Virus record (IMG/VR): IMGVR_UViG_3300048062_000147 | Reading direction: 5' to 3' (one strand) | DNA from: a virus | Length of the DNA: 53,442 bases | Part shown: positions 40,201-48,200 of the stretch, in pieces | Layout: each line of letters starts with the position of its first letter | Position numbering within the stretch: the stretch's first letter is position 1 | Notes under the pieces: model-generated | Seen by the model: the letters and a program-made list of their open reading frames with translations, nothing else | Databases searched by the model: none | Told to the model about the DNA's origin: nothing | Position numbers and translations under genes: made by a program

Positions 40201-42997
40201 CTTCTACTACTGCTTCTTCTACTGGTACTTCTTCTGTAACAGCTTCTTCAGCTGTTACTTCTTCAGGTGCTTGAACATCTCTATCTGCCGCAACCTCTTC
40301 AACGCCTGCTTCTTCGATAGGTTCGCCTTCGACAACGGCTTGCCCTTCTTCGACAGGACTTGGTACCCCTGCTTCTTCTTGACTAACATCTTCTAAGTAT
40401 TTACTTTCGATCGCTGTCTTTCTGCTTCTGGCATCTACAAGTTTGGATCTAGCCTCTTGCTTTTCTTCGACAGTTTCGGCTACACCGAACTGTCTAGACA
40501 ACTCACGTATTTCTGTATTGATATCTGATATATCGGCTTGGTCTTCCGCTGAGAACTCCGCAGGAGCTTCAGCTATTGGAGCCTCTTCTACTACCACTTC
40601 TTCAACCGTAGGTTCTGCAACCATCGGCTCCTCGACTACAGGCTCTTCAGCAACAGCTTCTTCTACAGGAGCTTCCTGTTCTACTACAGAAAACTTATCA
40701 GCTAATAGATCTGTTACCTCTGAATCATTTGTAGCTTCCCAAGAGCCTTGGGTAATCTCTTCAGGAGTGGCTGCCTCTAGCTGTTCTATAAATTGTTCTC
40801 TACTGAGGAACTTACCATCACGAAGATATGTAGCATTTCTTCGCTCAGCCATATTAACTAGCTCAGCATCTATTTCTTTTATCCTGTCGGTCTTATCCTT
40901 TACAAGGTTTTTATCTTTGCCTTGTATCTGTTCGTCAAGGGTTTGCTTTTCGACAAGTAGCTCAAGAGCTTTCTTTTGATCGGCAGTGTTTAAGTCGGTT
41001 GGGATCTGTGTGGTTACGCCAATGATTCTGTTAAACTCATCAAAATTTTGCTTAGCCTCAGCTTCCGTCATCTCACCAGCAGAGACTTTTTGTCTTAGGC
41101 TTTGACCATACATAGTGGTAAACTCAGAGTCGGTAGACATATCCTTAAGCATATTAAACGCATCATCGTCTATTAAGCTCATCTCCTTGTTATTCACTGC
41201 ATTGACCACAGCTCCCGGAGTAGATAGCACAAAACCACCTACAGCTTCTTGAGCACCGCCCTTTAAAACCTCACCAGCAAATTCAATCCAAGTGTTAGGG
41301 GTCTGGAACATATCCTTATCCTTGGAGATATTGTATATTTCCTTTATGCTGATTTCAGCAGCCTGTTGCGCTGCACCTGTTTCAAATTCTGCAAGACCAC
41401 CGGCACCCACAGTAAGGATACCACGAGCCATCATATTCTCAACATCCTCTCTAATAAACTGAGAAAATGCCTTAGCTGACGTTGAGTTTGTAGATCTGCC
41501 TAGAGCTCTCGCTACTAAGCCATTGAGTAGACCCTTCTGGTTTATGATGTTTCTAAAACCATATGTTTCTAGCACAGCGACAGTTACACCAACTGGAGCT
41601 GTAATGTAGTACTTTTCACTTTCAGATATATCGTCAAACTCTGGATTGCTCTCCATCTCTTGGTTCAACTGATCTGTTGTTAGGGCATACATATTTGCAG
41701 TACGCTGAGCCCAACCCATAGGACCAGCACCACCAGCCATAGCAGGTAATGATTCAGCAAGTCCAAGAATAGCACCGCCCCAGAAGCCTTCCTTCTGCAT
41801 ATCACGCCACTGCTCTGTGGTTCCCTTGTCTCCAAACAGCTCACGAGCACCTTCACGTGTAGCGTCTACAATACCCATCTCTGGATCTGTATTTGCAGCT
41901 ACAAATGAATATGGGTTTCTGAAGTACCCCTCCCCAAACTTTACGCCTTTCTTAGCGTTGTCTTTAGCCTTCTCATCTATAATCTGTCCAAGGGTTTTCC
42001 CAGCTGAGCGAGTACCATATTGCTGAAAGCTAACTGGACCAAACTCCGCTCCGAAATCTTCAGTTGTTTCTGCAGGCTCCTCTGGAACACTGTATTTCAT
42101 TTGCTCCTTAATCTCAGCTACAGTCATATCTTCATAACCTTCAGGAAGAAGGTCTGAATATCCTAACTGCTCTGCAGCGCTTATAAATGTTTCTCTATAG
42201 CCCTTCTCTCCCATCGCTGGTGTTGGGAAGTATTCTACCATAAAGTCTGTGATCATACTCATCTGACCTGCAGAAATAGAACCCACGCCTGATAAAACGC
42301 TGTTCCAGATACCTCCAGCCCAGTTACCTTTCTGAGACTGCACGTCAACGAAATCACCCACCATCTTATCTAGACGGGTACCTTGTTCCTTGAAGTACTT
42401 CTCTCTCTCAACAAGATCTGCATATTCTTGCTGTAGTGCTATATCCCTCTCTTTGAATTCGTCGTATTCTAACTTAAGAGATGGATTGATGTTGATCTGC
42501 TCTTCTGTGAGGCCTCCAAATTTATCGTTGTATTCAACCTTAATCTCTTGAGCACGGGCGGTCCAAGAATCTATATCTTCTTTATACTTCTTGGTTTCCT
42601 CATTGAATATATTCGATGCCTTTTCTACGTCTTCTTGGCTGCGAATAATGTTTTGCTGTTTAGAAAAGTCAAGTGAGTAATCGTTTATAGCTTCACTATC
42701 TACTGTATCTTGAGGGAAGAACGCATCCTCAGGTTGTTCTGTATATGTCGAATCGCCATCCAAAGATACTGAAGGAATAGCGGCGTCTTTTTTTTTTACT
42801 GTAGGCTCAGGGAACTTATACTGATTAAGGAACTCTTCCTTACTCTTGGTATAGAAACCATCTCTGCTAACAACATCGAAAACCTTTTCTTTGTATTCCG
42901 GTTCTTCTAGATACTTGAAAGCAAACTCTTCCCAAGTTTTAGTATAGTAACCTTCTCTTACAAGAAGGTCATAAAGTTTTACTAATTCGTCGTCCAT
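34271..42997 (-). CDS. Giant (2908 aa) polyvalent internal-virion/ejection protein candidate
   Basis: It occupies the position of T7 gp16. Features: a zincin motif HEMMH at nt 39689-39703; a His-rich motif HDFFGH at 38711-38728; an embedded XRE-type HTH (MTPTDVAQLLGISKEQYLEIEANKRDL, nt about 36715-36793); an E/V/A-rich acidic low-complexity tract (nt about 40120-40630); N-terminal tandem repeats (R(E/D)G(Y/F)YTK..EEF); and a C-terminal hydrophobic segment. Confidence 0.6.
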   Translation of the reverse strand: MDDELVKLYDLLVREGYYTKTWEEFAFKYLEEPEYKEKVFDVVSRDGFYTKSKEEFLNQYKFPEPTVKKKDAAIPSVSLDGDSTYTEQPEDAFFPQDTVDSEAINDYSLDFSKQQNIIRSQEDVEKASNIFNEETKKYKEDIDSWTARAQEIKVEYNDKFGGLTEEQININPSLKLEYDEFKERDIALQQEYADLVEREKYFKEQGTRLDKMVGDFVDVQSQKGNWAGGIWNSVLSGVGSISAGQMSMITDFMVEYFPTPAMGEKGYRETFISAAEQLGYSDLLPEGYEDMTVAEIKEQMKYSVPEEPAETTEDFGAEFGPVSFQQYGTRSAGKTLGQIIDEKAKDNAKKGVKFGEGYFRNPYSFVAANTDPEMGIVDATREGARELFGDKGTTEQWRDMQKEGFWGGAILGLAESLPAMAGGAGPMGWAQRTANMYALTTDQLNQEMESNPEFDDISESEKYYITAPVGVTVAVLETYGFRNIINQKGLLNGLVARALGRSTNSTSAKAFSQFIREDVENMMARGILTVGAGGLAEFETGAAQQAAEISIKEIYNISKDKDMFQTPNTWIEFAGEVLKGGAQEAVGGFVLSTPGAVVNAVNNKEMSLIDDDAFNMLKDMSTDSEFTTMYGQSLRQKVSAGEMTEAEAKQNFDEFNRIIGVTTQIPTDLNTADQKKALELLVEKQTLDEQIQGKDKNLVKDKTDRIKEIDAELVNMAERRNATYLRDGKFLSREQFIEQLEAATPEEITQGSWEATNDSEVTDLLADKFSVVEQEAPVEEAVAEEPVVEEPMVAEPTVEEVVVEEAPIAEAPAEFSAEDQADISDINTEIRELSRQFGVAETVEEKQEARSKLVDARSRKTAIESKYLEDVSQEEAGVPSPVEEGQAVVEGEPIEEAGVEEVAADRDVQAPEEVTAEEAVTEEVPVEEAVVEEAVAEDPTTGRRIFPEEEMTYATEEEAMAAVEALQERLSVEDPSLLVLSTETTGRRGKKTYGVEVMVDQAAVEEAAVAEEPSADRQQLETASVDAINLSDKAPQMIESFNSALSSIGAAPVNVYVVSDADMQNVTGSSSRAQFRTLEDGTSAVVVNADKASLGSLSHEMMHAYVKAVDLNSKQIVRFTNEVRLQLSKGTKVEKALANKLTAFQKEYLNREVYGKGLTLEDAVIAEEFLAEFVAEVKDGIDVQKMSLSTIERIRKAVVRILNDVLGLKIDDTAIKSKEEAFDFVNGFLDALEGRTELTVEINPEAAAVVNSKNPYEASRLQLDVPVGSRIANEPLKDARTIAIAYMESKGLKHTDGNLIRKIDKKLAKRISDAYTAMKNNPTSPEVAAAYKAMADETIEQYEAIIKGGYKVEVNNNEPYNNSNELIEDLRKNKNMRIFSTDSGFGDAGITADQRKDNPLLAETKYKDVNGRTLLLNDVFRFVHDFFGHAERGNGFGPIGEENAWDVHSRMYSPLARKALTAETRGQNSYVNFSGVNDEAFKLRDKGRALRKEGKLEEAQEFTDKAYATMKFAPQKVGLLPDEFVANPYLQEKEIQIEEQGESGEVGTISIPKEQIEVIDAPKASDDARGFVNKFVTDIDINELEGRNFVTNMYDYTSAGTTELGNGISIELLGGRNYVPLMLERNGKELGEVSNLAAFNSKSQAEGFIRNAKEGNADLFAPHSGTLTDSWQFQHHIFEELVKAVLDNKIMSKARLMEVFNEAIKSKEGSKAFKAFNEKNNSRLKNLNSFKKNPMKLVELLDAENNYSPNLRKALNQKIAASKEFQNAIGIKNLNQFYNLIADPLNQGVEGGEIMSFVEFDPNTFEVSKTKPGDPDHHPSFGWTVKAVIKSILQPNKYYKSYDLTNEYTKYNMSGPEVSTKADPKFAVSNVTSSAGAIPKVAKVEPMELQEYKNSKGETVRFQIEDQVKQEENAKETYSAIEDNKEGVFRSQIDNKVDQDVAASDTWKSRERNAFERFVDLTRRRIQDSYRDIIVIQEDIEYATGKPVGLDQDFRNAEVLMHGKAKSELDKTEDRIKDITSKIKKSGLSVDDVNELLYAMHAQERNRYLRTISTDIGKNLSRMRKTSGMTPTDVAQLLGISKEQYLEIEANKRDLKSSDLTDLLLIYGSTPYRFFYDNALVKDGSGMTDVEARKILAKYDLNLTSPDVSQLSPKIRTAVTAIRELIADTRNRLVESGLESQGTIDAFNATYKNYVPLRGFADEQFGSEFIEGGGKLEVRARERRAKGRQRKADSPLTQAIISNTTTIIRGAKNDVMKRFYELAKNNPNKDIYEIVDPETSKDYKTSMRDGKVIAVAKSVSDYLLDESMVSVRIDGDYKFVRFKDADLANVLRGANVVKAEWFTKYIGGFNRMLSSLITTYDPDFVFRNFSRDIQTAVLNLYAEQDLDDGLIKDKNIVGKTVKDVYPALKTIFAVEGGWTGKKEASRNKDMDQYYKEFLEDGAKTEWFYSKPADQINKDIEKLIRGKGDNAIKAAANLVERVNSSVENAVRLSAYVNARKAGTPRAKAAELGKNLTVNFNKTGSLGQMGNTLYLFFNASVQGSSRLLRSLKPAYKIDSEGNRKYHLTRAQKMAVGLFVMGGVMSVFNEWMSDEDEDEESFFSKIPEFEKERNIIIMKPNGKDYWKIPLPYGSNVFYVAGSYISEGLNGTKTPGEVASAIGQTAIGSFSPINFPTSKDASSFFIKFILPTATQIPVAIGLNEDYFGQKIYNENFIYDPAPKPESQLGKESGYRWTQSIAKWLNEVTGGSAYRSGYIDVNPDKADFVVETITGGAGKFVTRSANVIDKILTGNWDELESRQIPFVRTFNGQPYEYSNINSFYERTVDVNQKFKEVKAGIIEGADAKKIYKMHKMGKDYKSRLKKISKLEDEAAGIKDPLKQEARLDQLEKARYKLVADFNKQYIQLKIEDI

Positions 42998-43006
42998 ACC
43001 TTAGTA

Positions 43007-44284
43007 TTAATCTAGTTCGCCTCTTCCGCCCTGTTGCGAGGCTCCTTCACCAGATTGATTAGATCCGGGTTTCTGAGTCAAGGGTTGCAAGTCGTAAGTG
43101 TATTGATATTTATTTTGAATCCTACCTATCTCTAGAGCTGTTGCCGGTCTGTAGACCATTCTCTTTTCTTTCTTTGTTGTTGGGTCTTCGTACTCATTTT
43201 CTGCTGGTACTGTAACTTCGACCTCTTCTTCTACATTTACATATACGTTTCCGTCAGCGCCCATACCTATTTGAGAAACACCATCTACCTTAGTGGGTAG
43301 TGTCAAGAAGTTAATCTCAACATATTTACTGCCATCCCTGCGATCACTTTCTGCGAACGGACCATCAACATCTCCAGTGTAGACCTCCTGTGTCATTTCG
43401 CTCATCTTCTTCAATCTTCCAGAACCGCCTGATCCGCCACCACTTGGTCGAGATGGTCGAGCCACCTTAAGTGGTAAAAGATCGATGTAATTATCAACCA
43501 AAGAATTTACGTAGAAGTCGATATACTCTTGTTTGTTCTCCGAGTTTCTAACCAGCTCAAGCTCTTCTAAACTGTTGATTCTTCCGTCACCGTCACCGGC
43601 AAAACCAGACTGAGGGTTGTTAGCTGTTGTTGCCCCCCATATAGCGGCACGCTCTAAAGATTCTGGTGAACCAGACATCTTCTTAGTGGCGATGTCTGTA
43701 ATGCGTTCTCTTAATGCATCTACATCTAGGTTACCTCTTCTGTCATAGAATGTAGAAACCACATTAGAGGTCTCTTTCTGTAGGATTCTAGCTTGATCGT
43801 AAGGATTCAATAAGGCATAGGATCCTGCTGAAGGTAATGCGTTTGGATTCTCTAGGGCGGTTACCATATCTGCAAGATCTCGCTTCTGTGTTCTGAAGCC
43901 TCGATCCCAATCAAGAAACTCCGAACCACTCATAGCAAACTTAGTAGGGTCTGCGTTAAAAGCAGCTACCTGCTTGCGGTGCTCTTTAGCAAGCACCTGA
44001 GCGGTACCTGCTATCTGTGTATAGTCTGCGTATGCGCTCTTTAAGTTGTTTCTGGATTCAGGATTGTCATTCTCTGCAACTATATCCATAGCGCCCTGCA
44101 CCTTGTCCCAAGCTGTTTGAACAGATTCCTTATCACCGTCTAAGTACAGATTCTTCTCCTCTACGAATTTATCTAAGTAGGAATTTGTAGCAGCTTCATC
44201 CTGTCTCTTCTGATTGATGCGCTGTTGAGCGAGTCCAGCGAAATCTGGAGTCTCAATTATATTTGCTGGTACGAAATCTGACAT
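43007..44284 (-). CDS. Internal virion (core) protein candidate
   Basis: 425 aa with a Gly-rich linker SGGGSGGSG. The position is equivalent to T7 gp15. Assignment is positional only. Confidence 0.4.
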   Translation of the reverse strand: MSDFVPANIIETPDFAGLAQQRINQKRQDEAATNSYLDKFVEEKNLYLDGDKESVQTAWDKVQGAMDIVAENDNPESRNNLKSAYADYTQIAGTAQVLAKEHRKQVAAFNADPTKFAMSGSEFLDWDRGFRTQKRDLADMVTALENPNALPSAGSYALLNPYDQARILQKETSNVVSTFYDRRGNLDVDALRERITDIATKKMSGSPESLERAAIWGATTANNPQSGFAGDGDGRINSLEELELVRNSENKQEYIDFYVNSLVDNYIDLLPLKVARPSRPSGGGSGGSGRLKKMSEMTQEVYTGDVDGPFAESDRRDGSKYVEINFLTLPTKVDGVSQIGMGADGNVYVNVEEEVEVTVPAENEYEDPTTKKEKRMVYRPATALEIGRIQNKYQYTYDLQPLTQKPGSNQSGEGASQQGGRGELD

Positions 44285-45243
44285 TACTTAAATTGTGGTT
44301 TATTCAGCAAAGAGCTTACAAATTTATGCAATTTTGAGTTGCCAGAAGATGATAGCTGTTTTAGTTTTTTAGCTTGGCTAGGATTGAATATGTATTCGCC
44401 GCCAGTCATTTCACCGATCTTAGCGCCATCCTTGATAATATCTATAGGGTTCGTTTTATGTGAAAAATCACCCGGTGTCTTCTGTACCCCGCCATCGTCG
44501 AATTCTTCGCCATCGTCGAATTCTTCTGGAATCTCTTCTAGTTGGGTTTCAGTTACATTAAGTTTGCCTACGCCCTCTGCAAGTTTTTTGAACTCAGATA
44601 AAGTAGGGGTCTGGAAAGATTTACCACCAGACGGTATAGTTGAGACCTCTTTGAACAGCTCGTCTTGAGCTTCTTCTGTAAGTTTTTGAGCGTTTCTTCT
44701 AGCGGCTCTTTTATTCTCTCCGCCAGCATCCATAGCTCCCAGACCTGTTACAGCTGTCTTGGCTATATCTGTAAGCCCGCCAACAACATTTTGTGTTCCG
44801 GCTGCAATAGCAGCTGTTGCTTCTCCACGCTCTCTACCTTCTCTTGCTACGTCTCTAGTGCGTTGGTTCTCAGCACCTTGAATGTTAGCACGCATCGCAG
44901 CCATTATATCTGCTTGCTGTTGACCCAAGACCCCAGTACGACCTTTTATACCAGCCTCTGTAACAGCTCCAATACCTCCGATTACCCCTCGTGACCCTGC
45001 ACGCTGCAAAGCTTCTGTAGAGGTAGCCATAGACTTGTTTATCTCGTCTAGCTGTCGCTGTCGTACATCACTCTGTCTAGCCTGAGCAAGCATCTCGGCA
45101 TATTCTTTGGGTCTCCCCGTTGGAGCTACATAGGCTTCTGATAAAGCTCTTTTACCTCTCGCTCTTTGTGATGCGCCGTAAACAGCCTTGCCTACACCGG
45201 CAGCGCCCTGTAGCGCTAGTAATGACATTGTTACTGGATCCAT
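44284..45243 (-). CDS. Internal virion (core) protein candidate
   Basis: 319 aa with a G/A-rich N-terminal half. The position is equivalent to T7 gp14. Assignment is positional only. Confidence 0.4.
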   Translation of the reverse strand: MDPVTMSLLALQGAAGVGKAVYGASQRARGKRALSEAYVAPTGRPKEYAEMLAQARQSDVRQRQLDEINKSMATSTEALQRAGSRGVIGGIGAVTEAGIKGRTGVLGQQQADIMAAMRANIQGAENQRTRDVAREGRERGEATAAIAAGTQNVVGGLTDIAKTAVTGLGAMDAGGENKRAARRNAQKLTEEAQDELFKEVSTIPSGGKSFQTPTLSEFKKLAEGVGKLNVTETQLEEIPEEFDDGEEFDDGGVQKTPGDFSHKTNPIDIIKDGAKIGEMTGGEYIFNPSQAKKLKQLSSSGNSKLHKFVSSLLNKPQFK

Positions 45244-45247
45244 AGTG

Positions 45248-45255
45248 CAAAAATA
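45248..45255 (-). promoter_or_regulatory. -7 box TATTTTTG, 4 nt from ATG (TTTGCACTATG module)
   Basis: Perfect TAnnTTTG. The 11-mer is identical to the one at 16141-16151. Confidence 0.4.
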
Positions 45256-45261
45256 CTAATT

Positions 45262-48200
45262 TTAATTATGCAGCTTAGAGTCTGCAAATACTGTGTTAAT
45301 AGCAAACAACTCAATTGGTGATGAGGTTGTTTTTGTGAGTTTTAGCTGTATGTAATAGTCTCTGATTTGATCTCCTTCGATAGAGCTGTTACCAACAACC
45401 ACTAATAAATCTCCATCAGATACCGTGACATTACCGCTTAGCGTCAGTGTCTTCTCCGCTGTTATAGACAGCGGGTAGACACTTAGGCTGTCTAATTGTG
45501 AGCCGTTTAATTTGTATACCGTAGCGGTAGATCCTAATGGGAATGACATCGTGTTTATAGGGCTGTCAAAGGTAATACTGTTGCCTCCAACAACATCTGA
45601 AGCTACATTACCTAATGCAAATATCTCGCTAGTACTGGTGACAGAGGTTATAGATGATCCGTGAGATGTAGTGTCTCCGTGAATAGAGGCGTAATAGAAG
45701 CCTTCTTTTTCGGTCCATACCCCGCTAGGCGCTATGTCTGGATCGTATACAGTTCCTGCTAGGGTAGCTGTTTGGTTGGTCGTTGTAGCGACCACCTGCC
45801 AAGTAGCATCTCCCTCTAGAGATAGGGATTCAAAACTCTTGATAGCGGAAGGTGCACGGTTAGACACAGACTCAACAATAGACTCTGCAACAGCTCCACC
45901 GTAGTAGGTGTTTCTATCAGCATCTTCACTATGCTTGTATATCTTTCCTGACTTGAATGTATACATATCGCTGTTTAAAGATACAATAGATTCCGGAGTA
46001 AACGAATATCTTGTGGTCCAAGCCTTGTCATTTGTTCCGTAAGCTATGGTAAATGCGGCTAGTGCTACAGCATCTGAAGTTATGGTACCTGTATCGTCAG
46101 ATGTACAATAATCATTATCAAATACAAAGGTTTGTTCATCTGTATTTACAGTTATTGCAGCAAAGAAGTTAAAGTTTGAGTTTGTTGCTACACCGTATCT
46201 AGTTACAGTTTCCGTTTCAGCGGAATCAATAAATATAGACCCGCCATCTGCAATGTCGTCCATATATACAATTGCCTGAAGGCTATCCTGAAACTCGTCA
46301 CATATGCTGTTAAAAGTTCTTTCCTCTGTATTAAAACTAAATACAGCTACATCGTTTACAGTTACAGGAGCAAGGACTTTGGTTCCGCTACTGTCTAACT
46401 GTGCGCTATAGATGTATTCATCCGTATTGATAGCTACTTGAGCCTTTGTAATGGTATCGGATGATACTATATACTCATTGTTGTCTACATCTATACCTCC
46501 GACAACTTTAGTGGGTGAATACTTAGTAATCACGCCAAACTTAGCATCAAAGTATGAAGACATATTAGCATCGCTAATTATCGTGATTCCTTGTGAATCG
46601 ATTCGTAGTACCCTACCCTTTTTAACATCAGCAAAATATACCATACCATCTCTTGAAGAGACGCTTTCTGAGTGTGAGGTTCCGTATTCTCCGACATAAT
46701 ATTGTTCTGATTGAAGTACGTTATTAGATAGCGCTACAAGGTTATCTCCGCTGCTAGCCTGTATTACATTTCTGTTTACAGCTATAACACCAGCTCTGTT
46801 TTCCTGTATGAAATACAGCCTTTGGTTATATCCTTCCAGACCTTTTACTGAGCCATACTCATAATCCAAGTCCATAAAATTACTTAGGGACAGGTTAAAT
46901 GATGACAATCCGTTAAAGGTACCTTCGTGTAGGTACGGCTCTGAATACGTTATAGAGCCGCTACGCTTAACTGTTTTTGCATCAGGGATGTGTGACAATG
47001 GCCTACCTATAGATGAGCTCTTAGAAGAGAAAAAATCACTTACACTATAATCATCTATATATTTAGTAATACCAACTGTTCTCAGGTATATTCTGTAGTT
47101 GTCTGACTCAAGCTGTTCGTTTGCTACAAATATAGATCTTGGTCGGAAATACGCATCTCCATTGGACAGATCAATAACCTTCTCTGGGTTCGAAACAGTA
47201 AAGAAGTAAGACCCAAGGACAAAAGAAGGTCCAGTTTTATACTTGCCATAATAAGTATTTCCAGATTGCCAAGTATTTAATATCGTGATATCTGGTTGCC
47301 CAGATGTTTGTAGAACATCCCCTTTAAAGAATTTTGTACTACTAGATATTGAATCAGCGGCAACAGTTGCTGTGAACGTGGTAGCTGTTCTCTCATCCTC
47401 GTGTACACCATTAACTACCTCGTAACTTTTTCCTACTTCGTAATATATATTGTCCCCTTCTTCCGGCTTTTTATTATAGACCTCTACAACACAATCCTCA
47501 AACCACTTACTAGCCTTCTTGTTTATTTTAGACATAGTAAAGTTTACAGCCTCCGTGTTCTCCTCTACGATTAAAAAATTACCAGTGGTCGCATCTATTG
47601 ACGAGACTGAAGAACTATCTAATATTGGGTTATTGTCGCTGTCGTCTAATATTCCATATCCTATAACATTGAATTCTGAAGTCTCATATCCGCCGCTATA
47701 ACTTATGATACGAAGCTTATCGCCCTTTTCAAACGTATATCCCAGTAGAGCACCAGTTGAACTGTCGTAACTGTTCTCCTTACCTGTTAGAGTATTAAGA
47801 GATACATAAATTACATCCGAAGCCGAAAAAGATCTAATCGTTTCTGATGTTCTAAAGGGAATAAATGCACCACCAACACCATATATAAATTTGCTAATTG
47901 TGCCGCCTCTACCTGTATATACTGGAGACCATCTACTAGCCCAAGAAGGAGCTGATTCAGGAAGCCTCATAACAATAGATGCCGCCCCGTACAGATCGTT
48001 TTCATTTGATCTATCGTTAAGGGAATTTATATATACATCCCCTAACTCTTGAACACCGCTGCTTCGATTTCTGCTATCGTAGTAAACAATACCTAATTTA
48101 TGCGAAGATCCAGACTTAAATGTTTTTGTCTCTGATCTAAAGTCAGCTAAGAAAAAACTACCCACACTTAATTCAGCGCCAGAGCTAAACACCGTATATA

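Noticed and set aside
40443-40979. 178-aa plus-strand ORF and many other antisense ORFs inside large minus-strand genes (for example 7969-8457, 12755-13099, 39240-39686, 44339-44994)
   Set aside because: These are mirror-frame artefacts inside long, well-supported genes. They are S/T/A-rich and low-complexity, with no start signals.
34271-42997. The 2908-aa protein considered as a virion RNA polymerase (as in N4-like or crAss-like phages)
   Set aside because: I found no DxDGD or NADFDGD-type double-psi beta-barrel metal motif and no T7-like polymerase motif. This is a weak negative, because divergent enzymes need profile or structure searches.
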